64,000 nt of DNA, from the NCBI GenBank assembly GCA_050246755.1, contig JBFWVL010000001.1:832001-896000 (forward strand), written 5' to 3'. The DNA comes from Bacteriovoracia bacterium. GTDB taxonomy: Bacteria; Bdellovibrionota; UBA1018; CAIPTA01. Under the pieces are notes generated by a model, which was not told the DNA's origin, searched no databases, and saw only the letters and a program-made list of their open reading frames with translations. Made by a program: the position numbers and the translations under genes. Position 1 is the first letter of the stretch; every line of letters begins with the position of its first letter. Positions 47,600 through 57,237 of this stretch are shown here, in pieces.

Positions 47600-48481
47600 T
47601 CAATTCTTTTTCATTAGCTCCAAAAACGTGCGGGCATTCAGGGAAAGCGCGAAGCTCTTCCTCTTGGCCAAAAGCAGATTCAAAGTAAGCGGCTTTTCCG
47701 GCGCGATCTCCACTAGTTTCCCGCTATCGATCTCTTTTTCCACCATAAATCTCGCGAGAAACGCCACGCCGCCTTTCTCCAGGCAAAGCCTCTTCTGCGT
47801 CTCCTGGCTATTGGACTCGAAAGCGATGCGTGGGTCTTTCCCCATTAAGTCCATCAAGCTCTGAGAGGGATGATTCTGGTATTCGGCGCGGATCGAGCTG
47901 ATCAAGCCCACTTCGCGGACGGCGCTCTTTAGCTTGGCCAACCCCGTTTCCCCCTTGGGAAGAAGTTGCGGATGGCAAACGATGGCCATCTCCACCGGAA
48001 ATAGCGGTTCGTAGCTGATTTGCGGCACGTTCAAGGGAGTCACGAAGAGGCCGAACTCGATTTCATTGTTCAGCATTCCCGCCACGATCTCGTTCGGCGT
48101 GCCCGAGAAAGTACTGGTGATCACTTTCGGGTGTGCCGCGCGCAGCTGCTGCAGTTTCTTCACGAGCAAATAGTTCGTGACATGATCGGAAGCCCCGAAG
48201 CGTAGGTGCCCTTCGCATACGGGTTTAGTGCCCCGGCAGGTATTCTCGATATCGGAAACGGCTTGAAAGATCCCGGCGCTCTTTTGAAAAACCTCGTTGC
48301 CTACCGCCGTGAGCGAAACCCCCTTCTTAGACCGCTCTAGTAACCGCACGCCCTCGCCGTCCTCGAGCAAAGCCACCGCCTTACTGAGGGCCGACTGGCT
48401 GATGCGCAGTTTGCGGGCCGCTTCCGTAAAACTGCCAGCTTTCGCTACTTCGTAAAAATACCTAAGGTGATTTAATTCCAT
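47600..48481 (-). CDS. LysR family transcriptional regulator
   Basis: HLRYFYEVAKAGSFTEAARKLRISQSALS. Confidence 0.95.
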   Translation of the reverse strand: MELNHLRYFYEVAKAGSFTEAARKLRISQSALSKAVALLEDGEGVRLLERSKKGVSLTAVGNEVFQKSAGIFQAVSDIENTCRGTKPVCEGHLRFGASDHVTNYLLVKKLQQLRAAHPKVITSTFSGTPNEIVAGMLNNEIEFGLFVTPLNVPQISYEPLFPVEMAIVCHPQLLPKGETGLAKLKSAVREVGLISSIRAEYQNHPSQSLMDLMGKDPRIAFESNSQETQKRLCLEKGGVAFLARFMVEKEIDSGKLVEIAPEKPLTLNLLLAKRKSFALSLNARTFLELMKKN

Positions 48482-48616
48482 GTTTTTATTCTAGCGCAGG
48501 CATTCCTAAAAGAGATGCTGTTTATGAAAAACATCTGATTTTCAGATAAAGCGATGAAGGCCGAATGCTTCTTTTTCAGAAACATCCGGCCTATTTTTTA
48601 AGACGAGTTCCGAGAA

Positions 48617-49096
48617 CTAGTTCTTGAGGTAACGGGCGCAGTTGAGAGCGGCATGGATGCGAGATCCGTTGCGCTTAACCAAAATCAGGCTACCTTCCAA
48701 ATCAGCGCCAGCAGCCACAGGAGCAGCGTAGGAAAAGTCGATATCGGCGATCACCACGTCGAGCTCTCCAAGTTTGGTGCCGAGGATATTTTCACCCGCA
48801 CGCTTGGTATCGCTGAAGCGAAGATCCACGTTGCCTTCGTAACGGGCCGAGCGACTGTCGAGAACTCCGTTTACATCTTGGAAGCGCGCGATCGTCTTAC
48901 GTCCGTCTTGTACAGAAGGATCCGAGAGAACCATCACGGCGGCCACGCGGGTTCCGGCTTCCGCGCCGGTGTGATTGAAGATCTTTACGTTCAGGTCGCC
49001 ACCGGTGGTTTGGCAAATGAAGCCGTCTGCCTTTGCGTTAGCGGCGAGCAGGGAAGCGGCGATGGTTACTACGGACAATACATTGAAAAGTTTCAT
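48617..49096 (-). CDS. secreted hypothetical protein
   Basis: Signal peptide ending AKA|DGFIC; N- and C-terminal Cys; AGGAGA RBS. Confidence 0.8.
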   Translation of the reverse strand: MKLFNVLSVVTIAASLLAANAKADGFICQTTGGDLNVKIFNHTGAEAGTRVAAVMVLSDPSVQDGRKTIARFQDVNGVLDSRSARYEGNVDLRFSDTKRAGENILGTKLGELDVVIADIDFSYAAPVAAGADLEGSLILVKRNGSRIHAALNCARYLKN

Positions 49097-49275
49097 GGTT
49101 AAATTCTCCTAGAGGTCGTTATAGTAAAAATCCTTCTTGTTAATCCTTGGCCAGAAGTCGCTTTTCATTTCTGTGTCGATCTCGTCGGCGATAGGGAAAA
49201 TAAGCGCAGCCAACGATTTTGTAAAATGCATAATTACACGTTTAATATACTTATATAGAATATATAAAACGACGC

Positions 49276-49311
49276 AAAAAAGCGCCCAGGGTTTTGCCAA
49301 GGCGCTTTTTT
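49276..49311. terminator. bidirectional intrinsic terminator
   Basis: AAAAAAGCGCC...GGCGCTTTTTT. Confidence 0.7.
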
Positions 49312-49344
49312 GATTTTCGAAACTGGGTAACTGCGGAGCCGCGC

Positions 49345-49989
49345 TTAGCGCGGCAAATCTTTTTTGCCGAGATCGGTCACTTTACCATATTTGCGAAGCC
49401 CTCGGCTCCAAGTGTCCAAACCTGGAAGATAGCTAGTTTCACCGCTCTCCTCGTGAGTATAAATATCTTCCATATAAATCCACGCGCTTTTTCCATTGAG
49501 GCAGCGCACATTCAGCCAGCGGTCTTCACGGAACTGGGTTTCGTCGAAGGCCTCCACCACGCTGAAGAGGCCTTGGTCGGCGCTGTAGATTTTTCCATTG
49601 TAGCGAACCGAGAAAATCCCTTCGGATCCACCAATAAGATATTCGAGAGACTCTCCCCGCTTTACGAGGTCGTGCACCAGCTCGCCGTCGCCAAGGTAGA
49701 AATCGGAAGACGCCACCAGGCGAACAATGCGGGAAGCCGAATGGTAGCCGGCCTTACGCGCGCGGTTCCAAGGATGAAAAACCGCCCGGTAAGGAAGGGC
49801 ACAGCTGATTTTTTTCTCGGCATCGAGGTCCATCGCGACACGGGCCGGAACAGAAACACCTCTCTTCACCACGGAAAATCCCGCGGGGTATTCGCCCGAC
49901 CAGCCGGAGGCTTGGTACCAGCCGCTATCGTAGGCAGCAAAGCTCGAGAGCGAAGTGAGGCCAATAAGAATTAAAAACAAAGAGCGCAT
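49345..49989 (-). CDS. secreted hypothetical protein
   Basis: Signal peptide ending SFA|A; GAGGA RBS. Confidence 0.7.
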   Translation of the reverse strand: MRSLFLILIGLTSLSSFAAYDSGWYQASGWSGEYPAGFSVVKRGVSVPARVAMDLDAEKKISCALPYRAVFHPWNRARKAGYHSASRIVRLVASSDFYLGDGELVHDLVKRGESLEYLIGGSEGIFSVRYNGKIYSADQGLFSVVEAFDETQFREDRWLNVRCLNGKSAWIYMEDIYTHEESGETSYLPGLDTWSRGLRKYGKVTDLGKKDLPR

Positions 49990-50076
49990 GAAAATTCCTC
50001 GGTATAGGAGCTTGATATCGCACTAGACGCATTGCGTCAATGCTTCTCGAGGCCTCTTTTGCTTCGAACCCCAAGC

Positions 50077-50092
50077 TGGCCCCTATTCTGCA
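50077..50092 (+). promoter_or_regulatory. candidate sigma54 promoter of the yihY-DUF748 operon
   Basis: TGGCCCCTATTCTGCA (GG-N10-GC). Confidence 0.5.
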
Positions 50093-50106
50093 AAGATGCT
50101 TTTTCT

Positions 50107-51063
50107 ATGACTATGATTCCAAAATCGAAAACACGAAATAACGAAGTAAATTCAATTACTTCAACAAGGCGATTTTGGCCCTGGGAATATTGGCGCACCG
50201 AACTCGAGACATTTTTCCCCGCATTCGGCGGGAAATTTTCCCGCGATCGCACCACCACCTTGGCCGCTTCGTTGGCTTTTTACACCGTGCTCTCGCTCGC
50301 TCCGCTCTCGGTGGTGATTCTTTTCGCTTTTTCCCAGCTCGATCAGTCCCTCATCGATCGCTTTGCCAATGAAACCGCCCGCCTCGTAGGTACCTCGGGC
50401 GGCTCGGCTGTGCTAGCGGCCATAGAAAGCGCCAAGGCCCGACCTGCCACCGGCGGCCTCGCGAGCATCGTGAGCTTCCTGGTGGTTCTTGTTTCGTCGG
50501 GAGCCATGTTCGCGGAAGTACGCGATTCACTCTCCATCGTGTTTGAAAACGTGGAACCCACCGAAGTACCCTCTAGTTTTCTCGGTAAATCTTGGGGCCT
50601 GGTTCGTACGCGCCTGCTCTCGGCTGGGTTTGCGCTCACCGTAGTTCTAGTAATGGCGATCTCCCTGGTACTTTCGGCCTTCCTAACCGCCATGGCCGAA
50701 CGAGCGGGCCTGGTCTCAATTGATTTAGTGATCAGTCTCAGCCTCTACGCTGCCATCTTCACCCTTCTATTCATGTACGGCACGAAACCCGGGCTCCGCT
50801 TTCGCGATGCTGTACGCGGCGGAGTCCTAACTGCCGTTCTCTTCATTGCCGGAAAAATCCTGATCGGCTTCTACGTGGGTAATAGCTCCATCGCTAATTC
50901 CTACGGAGCGGCGGGATCTCTCGTGGCGCTGCTCGTGTGGATTTACTGGGCCACCTTGATCGTTTTCTCCGGCGCCCAATGTGCCTGGCTGCTGGCCGAA
51001 AACCGCTACCGCACCTATGGCACCCCCGCCGATGTGCTGCATTTCAAGGGCAAAAAGCGATGA
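50107..51063 (+). CDS. YihY/BrkB family membrane protein
   Basis: AASLAFYTVLSLAP and YGAAGSLVALLVWIY motifs. Confidence 0.92.
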   Translation: MTMIPKSKTRNNEVNSITSTRRFWPWEYWRTELETFFPAFGGKFSRDRTTTLAASLAFYTVLSLAPLSVVILFAFSQLDQSLIDRFANETARLVGTSGGSAVLAAIESAKARPATGGLASIVSFLVVLVSSGAMFAEVRDSLSIVFENVEPTEVPSSFLGKSWGLVRTRLLSAGFALTVVLVMAISLVLSAFLTAMAERAGLVSIDLVISLSLYAAIFTLLFMYGTKPGLRFRDAVRGGVLTAVLFIAGKILIGFYVGNSSIANSYGAAGSLVALLVWIYWATLIVFSGAQCAWLLAENRYRTYGTPADVLHFKGKKR

Positions 51064-52142
51064 GAAGCTCTAATCGCTCTTGGTGGAGCCGGCCCCACTG
51101 GATCCTATTCTCGGTGATCGTGATTTTGGTGGCCATCCGCGTGGCGCTTCCGAGCATCATTCTCAGAAAGTTAAATAATTCTCTCGCGAACCTCGAGGGA
51201 CCGCTCTGTGGCCATATCGCCGACGTGGACCTCGCCATCATTCGCGGCGCCTACGAGCTGCAGGACTTCACCCTCATGAGCCGCACCAAAAGTGGCGCGT
51301 GCCGCGAAAAGCTTCTTTCGGTGGAGCGCACCAAAATTTCCGCCGCCTGGGGCGAGCTCTTAAAGGGAAAAGCGCGGCTACGCGTGGACCTATTCGCTCC
51401 CCAGGTGGCCGTGGACCCTCTCATCACGGCCCTTGAGACCAGTGACAAACGGGCGGAAGCCGCCGTGGGGGCGCAGAAAACCTGGGACATTCTCGTTCCC
51501 TGGCGCATCGATGCGCTCGGAATCCGCGAAGGCAAAGCCTACTTCGTGCTTTTTGGCCAAGGCGGAATCAGCACGCCCCTAGAACAAGTGGAAGGAGAGG
51601 TGACCGGGATCGAATCCAGCATCGCCTCCGAGCTTCCGATTCTCTACCGCATTAAGGGTTCTATTTTTGGCGGATCTTCTTTAGTAGCCGCCGGCTCCAT
51701 GGCCCTCGGCCCTGGTCCCACCCGCTGGGAAGTAGATTTCAATGCCGAGCAGGTAGACCTCACCAACGCCAATCCATTTCTCTACAACCGCGTTCCGCTC
51801 ACATTCACTACCGGCAAACTGGATCTCTTTGGCGAAGCCGCCGGCAAAGGCGCCGACGTAGAGGGATACGTGCGAACGATTTTTACGAAAGTAGACGTGG
51901 TGGGGAATCGCGAGAAGTGGAAAAACTTTAGCCAAGGGCTCTACGAAATCGTGAGTGCGCTTTTCTTCGTGATTTCCAAAAATACGCGCGTGCACACCGT
52001 GGGTACGGAACTAGTATTCCATAAAAAAGGAACCGATACGGTAGTGGACTGGGCCGGCGCTGTAGCGCGAGCCCTTCAACATTCTGGCGGTAAACTCGTT
52101 CCTCGCGGCGTAGACAATAGTCTCGGGCTGCCAAAACCTTAA
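51060..52142 (+). CDS. DUF748/AsmA-like family protein
   Basis: IRVALPSII...GHIADVDLAIIRGAY; ATGA overlap with yihY. Confidence 0.75.
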   Translation: MRSSNRSWWSRPHWILFSVIVILVAIRVALPSIILRKLNNSLANLEGPLCGHIADVDLAIIRGAYELQDFTLMSRTKSGACREKLLSVERTKISAAWGELLKGKARLRVDLFAPQVAVDPLITALETSDKRAEAAVGAQKTWDILVPWRIDALGIREGKAYFVLFGQGGISTPLEQVEGEVTGIESSIASELPILYRIKGSIFGGSSLVAAGSMALGPGPTRWEVDFNAEQVDLTNANPFLYNRVPLTFTTGKLDLFGEAAGKGADVEGYVRTIFTKVDVVGNREKWKNFSQGLYEIVSALFFVISKNTRVHTVGTELVFHKKGTDTVVDWAGAVARALQHSGGKLVPRGVDNSLGLPKP

Positions 52143-52165
52143 ACTGACCAGCGAAAGGAACTCTC

Positions 52166-52765
52166 ATGAAAAAACTTCTTCTAGCTCTCACGGCGATCGC
52201 GCATGCCTCCTTAGTCTCGGCTTGCTCTACTAGTCCCACTCCCCGCAATATGCCGGTCACGGAAAACAAGGACATCCGCACCGTGGAAGCCAAGTACGCC
52301 GCTAGCGAACTTGGCGCCCAGGAAGTAGCAGAGATCCGTTTTCCCAAAAATTCCACCCGCATCAGGAAAGCGGAGCTGAGAAAACTGAATGCGGCCCTCG
52401 TGAAGGCCCAGGCCGCAGGGAAGATAGAAGAAATTAAAGTGATCGCCTGGGCCGATCGGGAATTCCCTTCCTTCAATAGCGGCTCCCTTCCCAAAGCAGA
52501 CCAAGCCTTGGCGGAACGTCGCACGGAAGAGATTGGCAAGGCTCTGGCCAACAAGGTGAAAGACGTAGACGTGGATAAATATAATATGGCCGTATACCCC
52601 ACGGGCGTAGACCGCCTTTTTAAGACTTCCGACTTCCGGGTGAAACGCTCCCTAGAGCAAGCTGGGATCCCGAACTCCGATTCGGGAGTAAAAACACCTG
52701 CGATGTCGGGAAAGGCGCTCGTTATGATTTTGCTGGAGAAAAAACCGGCTCCCGCTTCGAACTAA
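52166..52765 (+). CDS. lipoprotein with a degenerate OmpA-like domain
   Basis: Lipobox VSAC; IRFPKNS, VIAWADRE and LAERR motifs. Confidence 0.65.
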   Translation: MKKLLLALTAIAHASLVSACSTSPTPRNMPVTENKDIRTVEAKYAASELGAQEVAEIRFPKNSTRIRKAELRKLNAALVKAQAAGKIEEIKVIAWADREFPSFNSGSLPKADQALAERRTEEIGKALANKVKDVDVDKYNMAVYPTGVDRLFKTSDFRVKRSLEQAGIPNSDSGVKTPAMSGKALVMILLEKKPAPASN

Positions 52766-52901
52766 AAACCAATTTTTCCTTTTGCGGACGCTTTGGGCTC
52801 CATTGCGGGGCATAAAATCGCTCTTGTTCTCTATGCTGCCTAGAAACTCTTGAGCAAATCACAATGAAAAGGTACGAAGAGAAGGTTCTTCTTTCCCTCC
52901 T

Positions 52902-52978
52902 GCACTCGTAGCTCAGTTGGATAGAGCGTTGCCCTCCGAAGGCAAAGGTCGTGAGTTCGACTCTCGCCGAGTGCACCA
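52902..52978 (+). tRNA. tRNA-Arg(CCG)
   Basis: GCACTCG/CGAGTGC acceptor; TTGCC-CTCCGAA-GGCAA anticodon arm; CCA end. Confidence 0.96.
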
Positions 52979-53390
52979 TTTTCTGAAATCAAAACAAATA
53001 TTTGTCGATAGCTTAGTCCATTAGCTCGAAGAGCAAGAACTTCAGAACCATGCCCGACCCTTGGGCCTTAGCATGGACAATTCCCATCTTTGTGGGCTCT
53101 CTTTGCTGATAGAGCGGCGGACCATCATTAAGCAGGAAAAATTGTTCAGCCGTTGGCGCATCTGCATTTTGCCGTCGCGCAAGGCCATCCCCAAAATGGC
53201 ACCAGCAAATTTTTCAGCTTGCGGCGGTCATTTTTCCGCCAAGACATAACCATTCGCCGACCAAATCCTAAAATTCAACATTCCTTTTCAGTGGTAAGAA
53301 TAATCACGATTGAGAAATTGGTTTCCCTCAACCGCTGCCGGGATTAGCCATCTTTCCCTCCGCAAATCCCGGCAGCACCTTAGGTAAAGT

Positions 53391-54278
53391 ATGAAGACTA
53401 TTTTCTTGGCCGCTTTCCTTGGTTTCTTGCAGCCCATTCTTTCTTTTGGTCAATCTAACCTCACTGCGATTGATCCAAACTGTGCTTGCGACTCCCTGGC
53501 AAAGGATAACTTTGAAGAGCCCCTTCGATTCGAGTTTGGCCCGTATAAAGGAACTTGCGTAAATTCCTGCGTTTTTCGCCGCTCCTACTTGGCTACAATG
53601 CCCGAAGGTGTGATTTCCGCAGATGGTACGAAGACGGGGCTCACCAATATTTTACATAACGGGCGCTATTGGATGGGCGCTATCGCTGATCAAAAAATAG
53701 AATATGCAGATATTCTCTTTGAGGATTTCTTTTTGGGTGTGGCCCACGTTTCGATTCGGCTTCACTTTTTCCGCCCTCTCGAACTAACGGCACAGACGCC
53801 AAAACTTACCGGGCCCGCAACCACTAAAATATCAGATTTAGTTTTTTCTTCTGAAGCGGCTTACGGCCCAGGCAAAAGAATCAATCTAGTGGAAGGGGCG
53901 ATGGGAAATTACCTTCTCAGTCACCGCTTTCTCTCGCTAGAACAAGTTCACGCAACTTCCGTAGTTACCTTACGTCACTCTATCAAGCAGTTTCGGCTTC
54001 GCTTAAATCAAAGTCAGCTAAATGCCCTATTTCGAAGCGCCATCCTCAAAAGTCAGCGGGAAAGCTTTCGCACGGTTTACCAATTACTTTCTAATAACTG
54101 CGCTACGTCGGCCACTGGACTACTGCAAATAGTCTCTGGGTTCCCTCCTAAATTATTAGAAAATGGCCACCGGGCAGTTTCCGTCAGCGGAAATTACGGA
54201 ACTTTACCTTGGCTCGAAATGGTGGGCCTTTTAGAGACGAGCATTCACTTACCCAATTTGGAACAAGAGTTCCGTTAG
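53391..54278 (+). CDS. secreted DUF4105/Lnb-N-like (papain-like His/Cys) protein
   Basis: Signal peptide; AHVSIRLHF and YQLLSNNCATS motifs. Confidence 0.65.
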   Translation: MKTIFLAAFLGFLQPILSFGQSNLTAIDPNCACDSLAKDNFEEPLRFEFGPYKGTCVNSCVFRRSYLATMPEGVISADGTKTGLTNILHNGRYWMGAIADQKIEYADILFEDFFLGVAHVSIRLHFFRPLELTAQTPKLTGPATTKISDLVFSSEAAYGPGKRINLVEGAMGNYLLSHRFLSLEQVHATSVVTLRHSIKQFRLRLNQSQLNALFRSAILKSQRESFRTVYQLLSNNCATSATGLLQIVSGFPPKLLENGHRAVSVSGNYGTLPWLEMVGLLETSIHLPNLEQEFR

Positions 54279-54289
54279 GAAATTCATCG

Positions 54290-54937
54290 ATGAAATTTGT
54301 AAAAACTCGGGCGAGCAGCTTAGTAACTACCCAAAAAATTGTTGCCGGCGAACACCTCAATCCTAACGGGGTTCTCTTTGGTGGATATTTGATGTGCTGG
54401 GTAGATGAAATTGCCTTCATGTGCGCCAGGCGATTCACGGGTAAGCCTGGTTGCGTAACGGTGAACATCGACAATATCACGTTCAAAACCCCGATTAAGC
54501 TAGGCGAGCATGTGCTCTTGAGCGCCTGGGTGAATCATGTGGGAAAAACCTCTATGGAAATTGAGGTGAAAGTAGAGAAAGAAAATCCGAAAAAACTTCA
54601 ATTAGTTACTACCAATACCGCGCACTTAACTTTCGTATGCCTCAATAGCAAGCTTAAGCCGGTAGCGGTACCGAGAATTTCGCTCGAAACGATTGAAGAT
54701 CATCGCAAAAATCAAGAAGCCCAATTCCGGGCAAAGGTAAGAAAACGTCTCGGCAAACATATGGACCGAAAACTAGTCGAAGACTGGAACTCTCCCCGGT
54801 CGGGAACAAATGGGTTTGAGGGCGAGATCGGCGGAATGCTTCAGCGAAGGCTTTCTCCTGCGTTTCCTACTTATCCAATCAAAGAATGGATTAAATCAAA
54901 AATTTCAAATCGCATGCGCCAAAATTTTACGAAATAA
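54290..54937 (+). CDS. acyl-CoA thioesterase (YciA-like hot-dog fold)
   Basis: HLNPNGVLFGGYLMCWVDEIA and GKTSMEI motifs. Confidence 0.9.
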   Translation: MKFVKTRASSLVTTQKIVAGEHLNPNGVLFGGYLMCWVDEIAFMCARRFTGKPGCVTVNIDNITFKTPIKLGEHVLLSAWVNHVGKTSMEIEVKVEKENPKKLQLVTTNTAHLTFVCLNSKLKPVAVPRISLETIEDHRKNQEAQFRAKVRKRLGKHMDRKLVEDWNSPRSGTNGFEGEIGGMLQRRLSPAFPTYPIKEWIKSKISNRMRQNFTK

Positions 54938-54992
54938 AAAAGCCGCTTTTAGCGAGCAGCCAGCGGCTTTCCAAGTACAAATGTTTAGAAAA

Positions 54993-55241
54993 TTACTGAA
55001 AGATCCAGCACTCTACGGCACCGCTAGAAAAGCTTTTCTGGCAGCCAATATTTTTTCCATACTTTGCCACAGCGAAATCTGGGCCGCCGTGTTCATCACG
55101 AACGCCAATCTCAGCGATATTTAACTTCTCGAACATTTCTGCCGCAGCACTGCCAGTGATTCTGAATTCGGCAGCCTGTGCCATAGAAGCCGCGGTGAGT
55201 AATGCGATTCCTAAGATGAGTGATTTCATATTTATCTCCAA
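54993..55241 (-). CDS. small secreted hypothetical protein
   Basis: Signal peptide ending AQA|A; C-terminal Cys pair; true start probably MKSLI. Confidence 0.7.
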   Translation of the reverse strand: MEINMKSLILGIALLTAASMAQAAEFRITGSAAAEMFEKLNIAEIGVRDEHGGPDFAVAKYGKNIGCQKSFSSGAVECWIFQ

Positions 55242-55443
55242 TGACTACAATTTTCTGCTTTTTAGCAGCAGCGTATAGCGATGAAAAGTCATGATTCGGT
55301 TAGGCAATCTCAATCATTTCCTAACGAGACTTTCGATCTCCTCTCTGCGAGTTTGAGCAGAATTCAAACTTCTAAGGCGCTCAATGTTCAGCATGCTACT
55401 GGAATTTGGATTCAGAACAACAATAACTAATTAGGAGTTTCTT

Positions 55444-55923
55444 ATGAAAATCGTATTCGCAATGATGATGGCAATCGGACTCAACGCTTCCGCTCAAGCT
55501 TGCAGCGAAGGTCAGGCACAATATTGGCCCTCCAATAACCCTGCTCTTGTTAACAGCGAAGGCGGCGCTCAGGACGTGCTCTGGACCTGCGTAAACGGCA
55601 AGTACGTAGAAGAGTACGCTGCTCCTGCCCCCCAGTACCGCAGCTGCGTAGAAGGCGACATTCAAAATTTCCCCGTGGCTGATAGCCGCAATGGTGGTGA
55701 GTCTGGAACTATTGATGCTTCCTTTGTGTGCCACAATGGAAAATACAGCCCCGTAAATGCCGGTGCTAAACGCGCTCGTCGCGCGGGTCGTGGCTACGTT
55801 TGCAAAAATGGTTCTGAAATGTACTTCGAGGAAAACAGCAGCAATGCTGGTGGTGAATCCGGTACCGTTCAAGTTCTTTACACTTGCAAAAATGGCCGCT
55901 TCGTTAAGAAATACGCTCGCTAG
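55444..55923 (+). CDS. secreted protein with three tandem two-Cys repeats
   Basis: AGGAG RBS; signal peptide; three C.[EN]G...GG[EA]...C.NG[KR][YF] units. Confidence 0.8.
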   Translation: MKIVFAMMMAIGLNASAQACSEGQAQYWPSNNPALVNSEGGAQDVLWTCVNGKYVEEYAAPAPQYRSCVEGDIQNFPVADSRNGGESGTIDASFVCHNGKYSPVNAGAKRARRAGRGYVCKNGSEMYFEENSSNAGGESGTVQVLYTCKNGRFVKKYAR

Positions 55924-55961
55924 TCGATAATTTAAGCGAAGCAATTTCCGCTTATTTTTGG

Positions 55962-55988
55962 GGTATAGCCTTTGGGCTATACCTTTTT
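55962..55988 (+). terminator. intrinsic terminator
   Basis: GGTATAGCC-TTTG-GGCTATACC-TTTTT. Confidence 0.75.
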
Positions 55989-56154
55989 AATTTGTGGTGG
56001 CAACCCGAATGCCTTGGCTAAGATCATGGGACACTCGAAAGCTTCCACGGCCGAACGCTATGGTCACATAACCCTCAGTCACGTGGCAAAGGAGTTAGAA
56101 AAAAATCGTTTTGGCGATAAACCACTAATTTTATCTGAGATTCAGGATAGTTAG
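55984..56154 (+). pseudogene. C-terminal fragment of a tyrosine recombinase/integrase
   Basis: GGNPNALAKIMGHSKASTAERYGH matches box II (LGH...T..Y.H); the N-terminal catalytic region is absent. Confidence 0.8.
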
Positions 56155-56169
56155 AAGATACAGTGCCTT

Positions 56170-56187
56170 CTCTCGCCGAGTGCACCA
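56170..56187 (+). repeat. att-like duplicate of the tRNA-Arg 3' end
   Basis: Identical to 52961-52978. Confidence 0.9.
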
Positions 56188-56263
56188 ACTTGAAACCCTT
56201 CAGCACAACTGAGAGACTATTCTCAGTGATGCGTTCCCCACCCAACCGAATCAGGAATAACCG

Positions 56264-57022
56264 ATGACCTTCGCCGAAATCATCTTTTTGGTGAGGCCAT
56301 ATTTTTTTTGGTGTTTCCTCGCTTTTTTATTTTTATGGGAGCGCTGTTTCCCGGCCAATCAACCCGCTTCCCGGAATTTCTGGTGGACGCGAGCCCTGTT
56401 ATTTTTCGGCGTGCGCATTTTCGGAGTTCTATGGGTGAGAAGTCTCATGAACACTCATCTCACCGGACTCCACCCGTTCTTTTCCCTAAAAAATATCCCC
56501 ATTTTACCTGGGGCAATGATCAGTATTTTTGTCTTCACTTTTTTTCACTACTGGTGGCATCGCCTTCGTCACCGGAGCCATTTCGTTTGGCGTACTTTTC
56601 ATCAGATTCATCACAGTCCCGCCAGAGTGGAACTATTGACGAACTACTACAGCCACCTAACGGACTTTCTCGCCAACTTCGCCCTGTTTAATTTCGTTTG
56701 CGTTTTTCTTCTCGAGCTATCTATTCCTCAATTAATCTGCGCCAATATTTTAGACGGCGCCATAAACGCCTTTGCTCACGCCAACGTGAACACGCCCCGG
56801 TGGCTAGGCTACTTCATAATACGGCCGGCCCAGCATCGCCTGCACCACCAGCAGAATCTCCATTACTATAACTTTGGGATGATTCCGATTTGGGACCTGC
56901 TGTTTGGCACGTTCAAAAATCCCTTGAAACACGAAGCCCCCTGCGGATTTTCGCTGACGCAGGAATTTCAGCTCAAAGAAATGCTGCTCTTCAAGGAAAT
57001 TGGGGCACAGAGGAAAATCTAG
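56264..57022 (+). CDS. sterol desaturase / fatty acid hydroxylase family protein
   Basis: YWWHRLRH, HQIHHS, AHAN, HRLHH and WDLLFGTF motifs. Confidence 0.92.
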   Translation: MTFAEIIFLVRPYFFWCFLAFLFLWERCFPANQPASRNFWWTRALLFFGVRIFGVLWVRSLMNTHLTGLHPFFSLKNIPILPGAMISIFVFTFFHYWWHRLRHRSHFVWRTFHQIHHSPARVELLTNYYSHLTDFLANFALFNFVCVFLLELSIPQLICANILDGAINAFAHANVNTPRWLGYFIIRPAQHRLHHQQNLHYYNFGMIPIWDLLFGTFKNPLKHEAPCGFSLTQEFQLKEMLLFKEIGAQRKI

Positions 57023-57237
57023 TTCTCCCAGCTCCACACTGAAAAAGGAATTAACGGCCATCCTGAAGCCCCTCACCGCGATGGACGCGCTGCGGGAGAG
57101 GCACAAAAGCTGATTCCCAAGCACAATTACTCGACCCCGCCGCCAGAACAGCGCAACATCTAAGTGCAGCTCTTCCGAGAAATCTGCGCACGCCACCTTC
57201 GGCCTGTAAAATCGTTTTTCCAGATGGGAGATGCCGG

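Larger units (their letters stand above)
52961..56187. mobile_element. decayed integrative element / genomic islet at tRNA-Arg(CCG)
   Basis: Exact 18-bp direct repeat CTCTCGCCGAGTGCACCA at 52961-52978 and 56170-56187; integrase stub beside the distal copy; visibly AT-richer interior. Confidence 0.85.

Noticed and set aside
48533-48548. ATCTGA-TTT-TCAGAT palindrome upstream of the LysR gene
   Set aside because: Plausibly an ordinary LysR autoregulatory site; there is no divergent target gene to build a claim on.
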